64,000 bases of DNA from Armatimonadota bacterium. GTDB lineage: Bacteria; Armatimonadota; SYMT01. Shown here piece by piece: positions 1 through 9,318 of this stretch. The position numbers and the translations under genes are program-made. How positions within the stretch are numbered: the stretch's first letter is position 1; every line of letters begins with the position of its first letter. The notes beneath the pieces were generated by a model that was not told the origin of the DNA, did no database searches, and saw only the letters and a program-made list of their open reading frames with translations. The stretch lies in the NCBI GenBank assembly GCA_041690135.1, contig JAWLHY010000001.1:800001-864000 (forward strand). Direction: 5' to 3'.

Positions 1-75
1 ACCCCTACTCCACCTGTTTCGGCAGGTCTCGTACCGGTTGGGAAGCGCGTGCCGCGTTTCGGCTTAAGCAAACGG

Positions 76-552
76 CTACCGCTCCGCGTTCAACTGCCGC
101 AGAACGGAGACCATTTCGATCGCCGTTACTGCCGCGTCGTATCCCTTGTTCCCCGCCTTGGTGCCGGCCCTTTCGAAGGCCTGTTCCACGTTCTCCGTGG
201 TCAGCACGCCGTTGATCACCGGCAGGCCGGTCTGGACCGCGATGTTCTGCAGCGCGGACGTCACCGACGATGCCAGGTGATCGTAATGCGAGGTCGCACC
301 GCGGATCAGAGCACCCAGGCATACGACTGCGTCGTATCGCCCGGAGCGGGCCATCTGCTGCGCCACCACCGGTATTTCAAAAGACCCCGGCACCCAGGCG
401 ACCGAAATTTCCGCCGCGTCCGCGCCGTGGCGGACAAACGCATCCTCCGCTCCCTTCAAGAGCTGCTGCGTCACCAATTCATTGAAGCGCGCGACCACAA
501 TTCCCACGCGCATCCCGGCGGCACTCATCTGCCCCTGGTATACCGTTGCCAT
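76..552 (-). CDS. ribH: 6,7-dimethyl-8-ribityllumazine synthase
   Basis: Motifs [42 protein letters not shown] and GTKAGNKG; lies directly downstream of ribBA. Confidence 0.97.
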   Translation of the reverse strand: MATVYQGQMSAAGMRVGIVVARFNELVTQQLLKGAEDAFVRHGADAAEISVAWVPGSFEIPVVAQQMARSGRYDAVVCLGALIRGATSHYDHLASSVTSALQNIAVQTGLPVINGVLTTENVEQAFERAGTKAGNKGYDAAVTAIEMVSVLRQLNAER

Positions 553-579
553 TGGCGTGTTCCCCAGATTCCCGTGCGA

Positions 580-1809
580 CTATTCCTCGGCTTTGGCGGA
601 CCGGAGATCGTCGGGCAGCAGGTGCCCCATCTTGTCCCGCTTCGTCTCGAGGTAGCGTTGATTGACTTCGTTGACCCCGCCCCGCAGGGGCACGGTCTCC
701 ACAATGGAGAGGCTGAAACCCTCCAGGCCGCCCCGCTTGCGCGGGTTGTTGGTCATCAGGCGCATCTTGCGGACCCCCAGGTCGTGGAGGATCTGCGCGC
801 CGATACCGTAGTCCCGCATATCCGGCGGGAAACCGAGCTGGCGGTTCGCCTCGACCGTATCATAGCCTTCGTCTTGCAGAGCATAAGCCCGGATCTTGTT
901 CGTGAGACCGATCCCCCGGCCCTCCTGCCCCTGCAGGTAAAGCAGGACGCCGCGGCCTTCCCGCTGAATGCGCTGCATCGCCAGGGATAGTTGCGTGCCG
1001 CAATCGCACCGGAGGGAATGGAGGATGTCGCCGGTAACGCAGCCGCTGTGCACTCGCACCAGGATCGGCTCCTCGGGGTCGATCTCTCCCAGCACCAGCG
1101 CGAGGTAGGGCGCCTTGTCGATGGTGGTCTCGTAAGCGTGGGCGGTGAACTCCCCGTGCTCGGTGGGGAGACGGCAGGTGGCCTCCCGGCGTACGTGCTT
1201 CTCCGACTTGAGGCGATGGGCAATCAGGTCCGCAATGGTCAGAATCCGCATGCCGTGAGTCGCGGCGAACCGGATCAGGGCTTCACCGCGCGCCATCTCG
1301 CCGTCTTCGGCCTTGATCTCGCAAATGACGCCCGCAGGCTCGAACCCGGCCAATCGGGCGAGGTCGACCGCCGCTTCGGTGTGACCGGCTCGCACGAGTA
1401 CGCCTCCCTCGCGAGCGCGCAGCGGACGTACGTGTCCGGGGCGCAGCAGGTCCTGGCTGCGCGTGCGCGGGTCGAGAAGGACGCGGATGGTATGCGCCTG
1501 TTCCTTGGCGGAGATGCCGGTGGTGGTGCCCTGGCGCGCATCTACGGTCACGGTGAACGCGGTCTGCAGGCGCGCCGTGCTCTCATTGACCATCAGCGGC
1601 AGGTCGAGTTGATCGAGACGGTGCCCTTCCAGGGGCACGCAGATCCACCCGCGCGCGTGCGTCTCCATGAAATTGACGGCCTCGGGAGTGATGCACTCCG
1701 CCGCCATGATCACGTCGCCTTCGTTTTCGCGGTCTTCACTGTCGACCACGATGACCATCTTGCCGGCGCGGATATCGGCAATGGCATCTTCCACACTGCA
1801 GAAAGACAT
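580..1809 (-). CDS. ribBA: Bifunctional DHBP synthase / GTP cyclohydrolase II
   Basis: RibB motifs DRENEGD, AFTVTVDA and RAGHTEA; RibA motifs RVHSGCVTGD, SLRCDCG, QEGRGIGL and MTNNP. Confidence 0.97.
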   Translation of the reverse strand: MSFCSVEDAIADIRAGKMVIVVDSEDRENEGDVIMAAECITPEAVNFMETHARGWICVPLEGHRLDQLDLPLMVNESTARLQTAFTVTVDARQGTTTGISAKEQAHTIRVLLDPRTRSQDLLRPGHVRPLRAREGGVLVRAGHTEAAVDLARLAGFEPAGVICEIKAEDGEMARGEALIRFAATHGMRILTIADLIAHRLKSEKHVRREATCRLPTEHGEFTAHAYETTIDKAPYLALVLGEIDPEEPILVRVHSGCVTGDILHSLRCDCGTQLSLAMQRIQREGRGVLLYLQGQEGRGIGLTNKIRAYALQDEGYDTVEANRQLGFPPDMRDYGIGAQILHDLGVRKMRLMTNNPRKRGGLEGFSLSIVETVPLRGGVNEVNQRYLETKRDKMGHLLPDDLRSAKAEE

Positions 1810-1968
1810 GGCTCAACCTTCCCCGGAGTGGCCCGCACCGGCATGCATGCCAACGTAAGTGCAATGGTGAACGGGCTCCTGTCCCCTTCTTTCTACGCAG
1901 GAAGGGACAGCGACGGTCTCCAAACGGTCCCGGAATGCCTTAGTGTATGCGCTGGACCCGGATTCTGG

Positions 1969-3636
1969 CTACCACCACCACGCCTGAAGAGTTTCTCGCG
2001 CGATTTGCTGTGCCGGAAGTGCCGTGTCCACGACTGTGAAGTCCGCATTCGGCGAAGGCGGTTCGTCGGGAAGCGGGTGCTCGCGGAGTTGGGTGTCGTA
2101 AACCGCGATCCCGGCATCGGAAGTAGCGTGCCCTGTCTGCGCCCGAGTGACGAGCCGCTCGCGGATCACCGCATCCGGACACTGGCAAACGATCATGCGA
2201 AGCCGTGCCCCACCTTTGGCAGCCAACTCGGCTGTGACCTCACGTTCCTTCGGGTCCAGGAACGTGGCGTCCAGGATCACCGAGTGCCCCAGCTTCAGGA
2301 GATGCGCCGCTCGGCTTCGCATCTCGCAGTAGACCGCCGCACGTTGGGCGGTGGTGTAGTGGCCGGGCTCCAGACGCCCGGTCGCCGGCACCTCCGCCAG
2401 CTCCTTTCGGAGCGTGTCGGACGAAAGCAGCACGGCGGGCATGCGACGGCACAACTCGCGGGCGAGGGCCGATTTGCCAGAGCCGGAATAGCCGACGACG
2501 ATCCACAACTCGGGAACCTTCCGGACAACCGTGTACGACCGGGCCAGGTCGAGGGCTGCACGGGCCAGATCGGCATGCAAGGTTCTCTCGTCAGGGTCGA
2601 TCTCCCCCTCCTGGGAAGCCAGGTAAGCGATCTTCCCCCGCACACAGGCGCGGTAGCAGAGGTAGAAAGGAAGGACCGCTTCCAGTTCGACGTCTTCGCT
2701 GACGTGCTGATATTCACGGACCAGGGTCGCGCGCAGATCGGTCCGGCCCGCGAGATCGAAGTCCATCGCCAGGTAGGCCAGATCGGCGGCAACGTCCTCG
2801 TAGCGAAAGCGATCGTTGAACTCGATGCAGTCGAAGATCTGGATGCCGTCCTGTATGCCTGGGGCCACGCAGATGTTCTGGAGACGCAGGTCGCCATGGC
2901 CATCGCGAATGCGTCCGGTCGCCATGCGTTTCCGAAACAGGGGGTCGCATTCGATCAGGAAGGCCTCGCTCCCGTGGCGGATAGCAGCGAGTTGTGTCTC
3001 CGGGAGCAGAGCGGGAACCGCCTTCTGGAGTACCTCGAAGTTCTCCCGCACGTTCCGGCGCAGCACCTCGGGCGCCCCGAATCCGCGAATGGTATCGTCC
3101 GTTTCCGCCTCCACATGGAAACGGGCAATCACGCGGGCGAGGCGTTCCACCTCCGGGTCCCGGAGATACGGAAGGCGGACCGGCAGCATCCACTCCTCGG
3201 GAAGGCGGCGCATGCGGACCGCCCATTCCACGACCGGACGGGGGTCTCCAGCCTCCCCGAACACCCAGCGCTCCCCCCGCTCCCCCTCCCGAACTACCGG
3301 GATCACTCCCACGTAGACTTCCGGACAGAGCCGGGCATTGAGCTCCACCTCACGGCGACAGTAGAGTTCCCGCTGTTCCAGGGTGCTGTAGTCCAGGAAG
3401 CCGAAGTTGACCGGCTTTTTGATCTTGTAGGCCCACCCCCCCGCCAGGAAGACCACCGAGCCATGCGTCTGGCGCACTTCCACCCGTTCCGTGCCCGGCG
3501 GGTAGCTTGAAGGACGGGAGAGTTCTGCAAGCAGGCGGGCGATTCGGTCACCCGAAATGTGGGATGCAATCCTGGAGCGTGGTGGACGTGACTCGGGCAT
3601 TTCACCGTCAGGGTTCCCGCTTGAACGTTCAGCCAC
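1969..3636 (-). CDS. Aminoglycoside-phosphotransferase-like kinase fused to an AAA_33/gluconate-kinase-like P-loop domain
   Basis: N-terminal QTHGS, YKIKKPV, HGDLRLQNI and DCIEFN; C-terminal GYSGSGKS, SSDTLRK and VILDATF. True start uncertain. Confidence 0.88.
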   Translation of the reverse strand: MAERSSGNPDGEMPESRPPRSRIASHISGDRIARLLAELSRPSSYPPGTERVEVRQTHGSVVFLAGGWAYKIKKPVNFGFLDYSTLEQRELYCRREVELNARLCPEVYVGVIPVVREGERGERWVFGEAGDPRPVVEWAVRMRRLPEEWMLPVRLPYLRDPEVERLARVIARFHVEAETDDTIRGFGAPEVLRRNVRENFEVLQKAVPALLPETQLAAIRHGSEAFLIECDPLFRKRMATGRIRDGHGDLRLQNICVAPGIQDGIQIFDCIEFNDRFRYEDVAADLAYLAMDFDLAGRTDLRATLVREYQHVSEDVELEAVLPFYLCYRACVRGKIAYLASQEGEIDPDERTLHADLARAALDLARSYTVVRKVPELWIVVGYSGSGKSALARELCRRMPAVLLSSDTLRKELAEVPATGRLEPGHYTTAQRAAVYCEMRSRAAHLLKLGHSVILDATFLDPKEREVTAELAAKGGARLRMIVCQCPDAVIRERLVTRAQTGHATSDAGIAVYDTQLREHPLPDEPPSPNADFTVVDTALPAQQIARETLQAWWW

Positions 3637-3687
3637 ACACGTGGAATTCGCCGTACAAGACTTGCGGATGGGGCTTTGGACGGGAAG

Positions 3688-3730
3688 AAACGCAGAGGGG
3701 GCAGCCCAGTGGGCCGCCCCCTCTGCGTTT
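3688..3730 (-). terminator. Intrinsic terminator closing the FHA-ParA-Hsp70-GrpE cluster
   Basis: Inverted repeat aaacgcagagggggc...gccccctctgcgttt, followed by tttctt on the minus strand, about 60 bp after the 3791 stop. Confidence 0.75.
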
Positions 3731-3790
3731 GGCTGGTCGGTGATTCATGGAGCTGCGCACCCGCTAAGCAGCACTTGCCGGATGCACTCC

Positions 3791-4651
3791 CTAGCCAGCG
3801 GGATTTGCCTCTCCCTGTGCCCCGCTCGATAGGTCCGCATCGGAACCGGTCGCCGGGATAACGGAAAGCGCCGCGAACACCTCCTGGTCGGCCATGGTCA
3901 GGGCCGGTTTGGCATGCTCCGGCGGGGTCTCGCTCACCATTCCCGTTTCGGCGGTTGGCAGGTCATCCGTGGACCCCACTCCCGACTTCGCGGCGGAAGC
4001 TTCCGGCACTGCCGCGGCGACGGCTGTCTCAGCTTTTGGTCCCGCAACTTCAACCGAGCCCGGTGAAGTCAGAGAACTGATAGGCGCCGAGGTCGCCATC
4101 CGTTCCCGCGGCGCCTCCAGGGGTAGGTCCAATTGCTCGACCGACTCGACCAACTCCGCCTCGCCGCGAATCACCACCTTCTCATACATCCGCCAGCAAG
4201 GAACGCGAATCCGGAGCAGGTCTCCCGGTTGGCAGCGGCCGATGATCGAATACGCCTCGTCCATTTCCGGGTCGTAGCGCTGCACTGCACCGCAGTAGGT
4301 GTCCGGGGTCAGGTGGATGCGATGCTCCAACTCATAGCGCCACACGTTCAGGATTTGCCGGCAATGGTCCGCCGTGGGAGGTTCTTTCCCGGGCGTCGTG
4401 GCATAGAGGAGCAGCCGGAGGGATGCTTCCAGCCGGTTCACGATGGACAGCACCGCTTCCTCACGGATCTGGGCTTTTACCTGCTCGGGAACATCCGCTA
4501 CGGCGCTTGCCCCCTGGTTCCAGGTATCCGCGAAGAGCGAATCTGGCGGTAGCTGGTAGTTCATGGCATCCTCCGGCCGTGGCAGCAGGGAGTGAAACAG
4601 ACGCTCCCACCATCCACGGGGTTCTTCAGCAACGGTTTGGACCTGGCTCAT
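3791..4651 (-). CDS. Divergent GrpE-like protein with N-terminal amphipathic segment and low-complexity C-terminal tail
   Basis: YDPEMDEAY...PGDLLRIRVPCWRMYEKVVIRGEAELV parallels the GrpE beta-domain pattern FDPxxHEA...PGxVxxVxxxGYxxxxRVLRPAxVxV; sits directly downstream of an Hsp70-family gene. Confidence 0.62.
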   Translation of the reverse strand: MSQVQTVAEEPRGWWERLFHSLLPRPEDAMNYQLPPDSLFADTWNQGASAVADVPEQVKAQIREEAVLSIVNRLEASLRLLLYATTPGKEPPTADHCRQILNVWRYELEHRIHLTPDTYCGAVQRYDPEMDEAYSIIGRCQPGDLLRIRVPCWRMYEKVVIRGEAELVESVEQLDLPLEAPRERMATSAPISSLTSPGSVEVAGPKAETAVAAAVPEASAAKSGVGSTDDLPTAETGMVSETPPEHAKPALTMADQEVFAALSVIPATGSDADLSSGAQGEANPAG

Positions 4652-4747
4652 CCTCGGTCTCCCTAGGGTCAGCCTCTAAATTCTTCCTTAGCACCGGCCA
4701 CGCTTGTAGATCGGATTGCACATCGGGCATCCAATCCCGTTCCGCGT

Positions 4748-6400
4748 CTAGGCTGCGGCCGTGTTCAACTTCATTTTCTGGCGCTGGACCTCCATGGCCT
4801 TGCCACGGAGGTAGCGCGTCACCAGGAGTTCGGCGGTAATCAGTTCGTGTTCATCCACCTGGCATGCCACCAGCACTTCGAACTGGTCGGGCGCCACGTT
4901 TCGAGCCCACGGGAGGGCCAGGGAGATCCGTTTCGTCAGCTTTTCCCACATCCCGCGCTCAAAGGAGGCAACCCGTTCCACCAGAGGCGAACGGCGCTGC
5001 CCGCTGAAGAACCGGATATGCACGTTGGCCGCGTTGGCATCCAGCCCCAACTGTTCCACTCGGATACGCAGCGGCGTGCGGGTTTGAAACGGGAGCTGCT
5101 GGCCGCGCGGCACCAGGAGCACCGGTTCCTCCCAGGCGCCGTTGTTGGCGGTGACGCCTCCCAGCATCCCGTTGGGGACGGCCACCCACACGGCGTGAGC
5201 GGCCCGGCGCACCGGAGCCAGTACGCCGCCGGCATTCGAGCGCACGAGCGGGACGTACGAGAGGCCGCGGGCCACACTCTGCTCCGGCTGCCGGTGGCGC
5301 CGAACCGTTCCGTTCTCCAGGGAGAGGTGCGGAAATACTTCCTTCAGCGCCCGGTCGACGAAGTACCAGCGAGAGTGACCACCGGTAAGGATCAGGTGCG
5401 TAATCTGGCGGGGGGCGAGGTTCCCCTCTTCCAGAGCGCCCCGCATCAACACGACAAACTGGTTGATGTACTCCGCGGCAAACATCTCGAACTCACCGCG
5501 GGTCAGGCGCACCCGGCGGGTTTCGTCATCCACCAACCAGAGCGACTCGTGCTCGTCCGCGCCCTCGCGGAGGCGGTTGGAGAACTCCTCTTTGAAACGG
5601 CGCACGTCCCGCAGCAGGGGTTGGCGATTGCGCTTTACGAACTGGGGATCCCAGTCGCGGGTCACGTAATCCAGCATCAACTGGTCGAGATCCCGCCCCC
5701 CGTAGGAGCGCCGGCCGTTGCCCCATGCCGGCACGGAGCCGGCGGGGTCCACGGGAATTGAGACCGGCCGCTGGTCCGGCGACATGGCGAGCTGGAGGAA
5801 TGCGAAGTCGGTAGTGCCCCCGCCCATGTCGATCATCAGGATCCGGCTGCCCGGCTTGGGGTGGAAGCCATCCCGGTCGTCGCACAGGTGGCTGTAGAGC
5901 GCCGCCATCGACTCTTCCTCGAGCCGCACGTTGGGGAAACCCGCTTCCATCGCCGCGCGCCGAGTTTCCTCACGCTGGTCGGCACTCCACTGGACGGGGT
6001 GCCCGACGATGGTTTCGAAGGCGACGTTCCCGTCTTTCTTGTCGAGCGGCACAACTTCCGCGGTGCGCTGCCGAAGGTGGGCCAGGAACTGCCGGGCCAG
6101 GAGGAAGGCTTCGCGACCATTCTCCGCGTGACCCAGTCGCAGCTTGAAGCCGCTGCGGGTGTACTCCGGATAAAAGGGCGCCTTCTCCTCGGCCAGTTCG
6201 CCGAACTGCGGCAACTGCTCGCCGCCGTCCCCGAGAAACACCACGGTGGGAAGCGTGGAGCGGTGGCTGAACGTGATGGCTTCGGGGCGCTGGATTGGGT
6301 CGGGGTCTACGTCACCGTTGCCACGGTCGTAGTAAGTGGCATAGGTGACGCAGCTATTGCTCGTCCCAAAATCGATTCCGATAACGTAAACCGTCTTCAT
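4748..6400 (-). CDS. Atypical Hsp70-family protein (about 550 aa; not canonical DnaK)
   Basis: Actin/Hsp70 motifs IGIDFGTSNS, EESMAAL, DMGGGTTD, YGGRDLD, LTGGHSR and PEQSVARG. ATG at 6400 chosen because it sits just before the first motif. Confidence 0.9.
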   Translation of the reverse strand: MKTVYVIGIDFGTSNSCVTYATYYDRGNGDVDPDPIQRPEAITFSHRSTLPTVVFLGDGGEQLPQFGELAEEKAPFYPEYTRSGFKLRLGHAENGREAFLLARQFLAHLRQRTAEVVPLDKKDGNVAFETIVGHPVQWSADQREETRRAAMEAGFPNVRLEEESMAALYSHLCDDRDGFHPKPGSRILMIDMGGGTTDFAFLQLAMSPDQRPVSIPVDPAGSVPAWGNGRRSYGGRDLDQLMLDYVTRDWDPQFVKRNRQPLLRDVRRFKEEFSNRLREGADEHESLWLVDDETRRVRLTRGEFEMFAAEYINQFVVLMRGALEEGNLAPRQITHLILTGGHSRWYFVDRALKEVFPHLSLENGTVRRHRQPEQSVARGLSYVPLVRSNAGGVLAPVRRAAHAVWVAVPNGMLGGVTANNGAWEEPVLLVPRGQQLPFQTRTPLRIRVEQLGLDANAANVHIRFFSGQRRSPLVERVASFERGMWEKLTKRISLALPWARNVAPDQFEVLVACQVDEHELITAELLVTRYLRGKAMEVQRQKMKLNTAAA

Positions 6401-6518
6401 GGATGACACATCTAACTGCAAGCTCTCGCCCGGTCTGCCCGGCGAGCTGATGTGGCGTGGCACGTTCGATAGGCCCGTGACACGTTATCGGCAGGGGTTC
6501 ATCGATTCTGGATACCAA

Positions 6519-7376
6519 TCATGCGGTCTGGGCCGCATTGATCAGGACCTGGGTCAATTGCCGGTAGGCCCAGGCGACCGGGGAGTCCGGGCGATAGAGG
6601 ACAATGGGGCGGTCCAACAGCAACCCTTCCCCCACCGTGGCGTCGCGAGGAATCGAAACCGGGAACAACGCCTGGCCCAGGCTGCGGCGGATGTGGGCTT
6701 CCAACTGTGCCTGGCGGGGATCCTGCTCCTCCACCATCGTCAGCAGCAGTCCCAGAAGACGCGCGGTGGCGCCGTCGGCCCGGGCATCCCGGAGTTGGCC
6801 CAGAATGCCGCCCAACGTGCGATAGGCCAGGGGGTGGCACTGGAAGACGACGACCACCTCATCGACCACCTGGCACAGCCGGCGCGTCATGTCCGCCACC
6901 GAGGGCCGCGTGTCCACGATGATGTACTCATAGTGGCCCGGTACTCGCTTGCCTAGCTCCGACAGCGCCCGGTGCAAGGCGTTGAGATCCACGGGCCGCC
7001 GGTCCTCCGCATACGGTAGGAGATCGAGGTTCGTCGCCACCTCGGGAATCACGAGATCGGACAGGTCCCACTGTTCGATGCCGAAAAGGCCCGGGTGTCC
7101 GGGGGCCACGGACGTGCCGAAACAGGCGGCCACGCTGCCGATCGGGTCCGTGTCCACGATCAACACGCGGTTTCCGGACTGGCCGAGACAGGCCGCCACG
7201 TTCACCGCCGACGCCGTTTTCCCGACGCCACCCTTCTGGCTCGCGAACATGATCCGCCGGACCGCGGCGCGCCGCGCCTCGTCGTGCAGTTCCGCAACAC
7301 CGGATTCCGCGCTTGCCCCGCCCCCTGGGCTGGCAGCGGTAGACCGGGCGCCACCAAACGGGTTGCTTTCCATCAT
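6519..7376 (-). CDS. ParA/Soj-family ATPase, soluble
   Basis: Deviant Walker A QKGGVGKT, plus VDTDP, YIIVDTRP, LLLTM, SIPRD and AWAYRQL. Confidence 0.92.
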   Translation of the reverse strand: MMESNPFGGARSTAASPGGGASAESGVAELHDEARRAAVRRIMFASQKGGVGKTASAVNVAACLGQSGNRVLIVDTDPIGSVAACFGTSVAPGHPGLFGIEQWDLSDLVIPEVATNLDLLPYAEDRRPVDLNALHRALSELGKRVPGHYEYIIVDTRPSVADMTRRLCQVVDEVVVVFQCHPLAYRTLGGILGQLRDARADGATARLLGLLLTMVEEQDPRQAQLEAHIRRSLGQALFPVSIPRDATVGEGLLLDRPIVLYRPDSPVAWAYRQLTQVLINAAQTA

Positions 7377-7444
7377 TTCTTGCTTTGACCTGTTGCGGGG
7401 AACGGCCAGGAGCCGTCCCGGGACTTAGATTTCCTGGGGCTCAT

Positions 7445-8422
7445 CTATCGGTGCGCCGCGCTTCCGGATTTGGCGGCGATCACGCGGCTCTTACCATTCT
7501 TGGCCGGGCCGTCCGAAGCTCGGCCCCCGCGCCCTGCCGTCATCCAGTAGCCGATGCCGGCGGCCAACAACACCAGAACGGCAATGGCGGCTACCGCCCA
7601 GTTGAGTTTGAAACCACCGGACTGGGGCATCGGCATCTGCTGCGAGCCGGCCTGGACCGGCGCTGCCGGCACGGAAGCCCCCATCGGCTGCGCCCGGCGA
7701 GCGGGCGGCGCCCACGCGGACGCCCCCGCGGAATTGCCGCCGTACATTCCATCGAGCTGGAGCCCACGGACCACGGCATCGCCCGCCGCCTGGTAGGCGG
7801 CTCGGCTCTGCTCGGAGGGTTCGGTGCGGCGCTCGACTTTCTGTTCCGCGCGGTGGGCCAGCCCCGAGTCTGTGGGGATCGGCGGGTTGAGTAGTCCATC
7901 CGGCCGGCGCGAGCGGAGTTCCAGCATCAACGTCCGCTGGGTGGGGTCCTGCTCGTCGAACATGGTGGGAAGCACGCCGATCAAGTGGATCTGCGGGCTG
8001 AGATCCCGCACGTTATCCAGCGCTGCTTCCGCTCCGTCCAGTGTCTTCAGGCTGACCGGCTCCACCGGAATCACCATCAACACCGCCGTCGAAAGCTGAA
8101 TCCATCCCCGGGCGAGCGGGTCATCCAGAGAGGGGGTGTCGACCACAGCCACGTCGAACAACCCTTCCAGTTCCTTGACCTTGGAAGGAAGTTCCCGCAG
8201 CGGGAGGACGCTGCTGCAGAGGTATCGCAAGCGCGGGTTCCGGGTCTGCTGGACGGAGCCGGTAGTCTCCTCGAGGCCGAGAATGAGACTCGCGCCCCGC
8301 TGGCGGTCCGCATCCACCAGGACCACGCGGACACCGCGCCGGGCCAGGTCTTCCGCGAGCATGACCGCGGAAGTCGTCTTTCCGGCCCCGCCTTTGTGAC
8401 TGATAATGGCAAGCGTTTTCAT
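7445..8422 (-). CDS. ParA-family ATPase with C-terminal transmembrane helix
   Basis: HKGGAGKTT, VDAD and VVDTP; Pro/Ala/Gln linker followed by hydrophobic WAVAAIAVLVLLAAGIGYW and a basic tail. Confidence 0.88.
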   Translation of the reverse strand: MKTLAIISHKGGAGKTTSAVMLAEDLARRGVRVVLVDADRQRGASLILGLEETTGSVQQTRNPRLRYLCSSVLPLRELPSKVKELEGLFDVAVVDTPSLDDPLARGWIQLSTAVLMVIPVEPVSLKTLDGAEAALDNVRDLSPQIHLIGVLPTMFDEQDPTQRTLMLELRSRRPDGLLNPPIPTDSGLAHRAEQKVERRTEPSEQSRAAYQAAGDAVVRGLQLDGMYGGNSAGASAWAPPARRAQPMGASVPAAPVQAGSQQMPMPQSGGFKLNWAVAAIAVLVLLAAGIGYWMTAGRGGRASDGPAKNGKSRVIAAKSGSAAHR

Positions 8423-8437
8423 GTGCAGCTCAAGTCT

Positions 8438-9196
8438 CTACCGGGGTGCCGTGCAGAGGGGATCGGCCGGCTCGTCCGGCTCCTCGGGATTTGGTTGTCC
8501 CAGCGCGTCCTGGAGCATTTCACCCAGTACAACATCCTCGGCTGTCAGGTGGTGGCTCCCCGGCGCTTCCAGGACCCGAATAATACTCGTCTGACCCATC
8601 TGGATCCGGTCGCCGTTCCGCAGCACGACCTCTTCTCCTGGCGTCAGGACGCGGCCGTTGAAGCGGGTGCCGGTTTCGCTCTGGAGATCCCGCAGTACGA
8701 ACCTCCCGCCCACTTTACCGATCCAGGCGTGGGCGGCGGCAACACCGGGGTCCATGAACAGGTCGATCTCGGGATGGATTCCCCGAGAAAAATCACGGCG
8801 CCCCACCAGGGCCTCATCCCGCACCAGCCAGGGGAACTTCCGGCGGGCCGAGCTGACCTCGATCTTCAGGTTGTGAATGCGGTGCGTAGCCTGAGCGTCG
8901 GCCTCATCGACCTCAATGGGTCGATCGGCATGCTGCTCGATGACGTTCAACACCTCTTGTTCAGATGGTGCCGTCCAGGCGCTAGATTCCTCCCTCGCCA
9001 GGGGGCGATCGGCAAGATTCGTAGTTTTCGGCTCCTGGGCGGTTTCCTCGCTGGCGTGGACGTTCGCCATCTCGTCTACGTCGAAATCGGGCCGGGCCCG
9101 CAGGTAGGCCCATTCATCCTCGGCGGCCGGGGAAGTGGGCGCCTGCGCGCCTTGCTTCTCCGCGTCATCACTTTTGCCGAACAGCCAGCGAAGCAT
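8438..9196 (-). CDS. FHA-domain protein with degenerate phosphothreonine site
   Basis: VGR...PEIDL...GVAAAH...LRDLQSETGTRFNG...LRNGDRIQMG gives the FHA fold pattern, with the SxxH Ser and STNG Asn replaced. Confidence 0.85.
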   Translation of the reverse strand: MLRWLFGKSDDAEKQGAQAPTSPAAEDEWAYLRARPDFDVDEMANVHASEETAQEPKTTNLADRPLAREESSAWTAPSEQEVLNVIEQHADRPIEVDEADAQATHRIHNLKIEVSSARRKFPWLVRDEALVGRRDFSRGIHPEIDLFMDPGVAAAHAWIGKVGGRFVLRDLQSETGTRFNGRVLTPGEEVVLRNGDRIQMGQTSIIRVLEAPGSHHLTAEDVVLGEMLQDALGQPNPEEPDEPADPLCTAPR

Positions 9197-9318
9197 TCAG
9201 GGATCCATCTCCCAGGCGACCGCTCCGACCCATGGACGATCACCAATCGATAGTAGTTATTCTGGCGCCCTGGCCTCCAGGCTGTAGGTGCCCGATAGAG
9301 AATGGCACCCTCAGGCAC

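Noticed and set aside
1810-1968. Possible FMN riboswitch upstream of ribBA
   Set aside because: No recognisable RFN conserved blocks on the minus strand; only one imperfect hairpin.
991-3510. 839-aa plus-strand ORF, and similar long antisense ORFs (49-990, 10240-11739, 24962-27589, 39683-41359)
   Set aside because: They lie antisense to well-supported genes and have no motifs. Such shadow ORFs are expected from high-GC codon bias.
1969-3636. APH-like kinase as the kinase for the FHA cluster
   Set aside because: It is separated from the cluster by a strong terminator and belongs to a widespread stand-alone family. Nothing in the sequence links it, though a synteny check would be cheap.
4748-6400. 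Calling this gene dnaK and its neighbour grpE
   Set aside because: Too divergent: the linker and lid are missing and there is no dnaJ/hrcA context, so symbols were withheld.
6519-8422. Chromosome or plasmid partition locus
   Set aside because: No parB, no parS-like palindrome noticed, and the DNA-binding arginines are absent.
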